Source: Promethearchaeota archaeon (GTDB lineage: Archaea > Asgardarchaeota > Lokiarchaeia > Sigyniarchaeales > SOKP01). Taken from it: a stretch of DNA of 40,048 nucleotides. The notes beneath the pieces were generated by a model, which worked only from the letters and a program-made list of their open reading frames with translations, had not been told where the DNA came from and made no database searches. The DNA is taken from NCBI GenBank assembly GCA_013375475.1, contig JABXKD010000030.1:1-40048 (forward strand), read 5' to 3'. Of this stretch, positions 39,877 through 40,048 are shown in pieces (the first letter of the stretch is position 1; each line of letters begins with the position of its first letter). Made by a program: the position numbers and the translations under genes.

Positions 39877-40048
39877 ATGACAGAATCAGAATTTAAAGTA
39901 AGTTTAGAAAAATTATCTATAAAGGATTTTAAAATATTCGTTAATGAATCTCTTTGCAACGGTTGCGGATTATGTGGAGAAGTGTGCCCATTTGGACTTC
40001 CTCAACCTCTTGATAATGGAAAATACGATATTAAAAATCCTAAGCTTT
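39877..40048 (+). CDS. 4Fe-4S ferredoxin, HgcB-like position (runs off the right edge; absent from ORF track)
   Basis: GAGGT SD; MTESEFKVSLEKLSIKDFKIFVNESLCNGCGLCGEVCPFGLPQ contains CxxCxxCxxxCP. Confidence 0.85.
   Translation, partial: MTESEFKVSLEKLSIKDFKIFVNESLCNGCGLCGEVCPFGLPQPLDNGKYDIKNPKL

Noticed and set aside
1-40048. CRISPR arrays, rRNA genes, transposases or prophage genes
   Set aside because: No regularly spaced repeats, long GC-rich RNA-like tracts or mobile-element motifs were seen by eye.

Overview
AT-rich archaeal chromosomal window, most consistent with an Asgard archaeon (Lokiarchaeia-like). This is inferred from an archaeal CdhA, an archaeal ThyA, a tRNA intron with a bulge-helix-bulge (BHB) motif, an atypical small GTPase, several SCP2 paralogues and an LRR remnant. 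Left to right: four SCP2 lipid-carrier genes around a methyltransferase and a tRNA-Asp(GTC) with a 30-nt intron in the T-loop; housekeeping genes (U32, HtpX, MutY-like, radical SAM, TatD, a lone cdhA); a GH130/GT4/GT4 glycosylation cassette bracketed by two decayed genes; thyA, a ubiquitin-like MoaD/SAMP protein, two tandem CTP-dependent lipid kinases, Maf and a RimK-family ligase; a three-gene operon with an atypical GTPase; a four-gene operon (degenerate AAA+, Smc5/6-like ATPase, kleisin, KITE) whose SMC gene lacks a canonical start codon; and an ArsR-linked locus encoding a SAM-methyltransferase fused to an HgcA-like corrinoid membrane protein, followed by a ferredoxin. The last two are the best candidates for undescribed systems. 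All family calls come from motif recognition by eye; no database searches were run.
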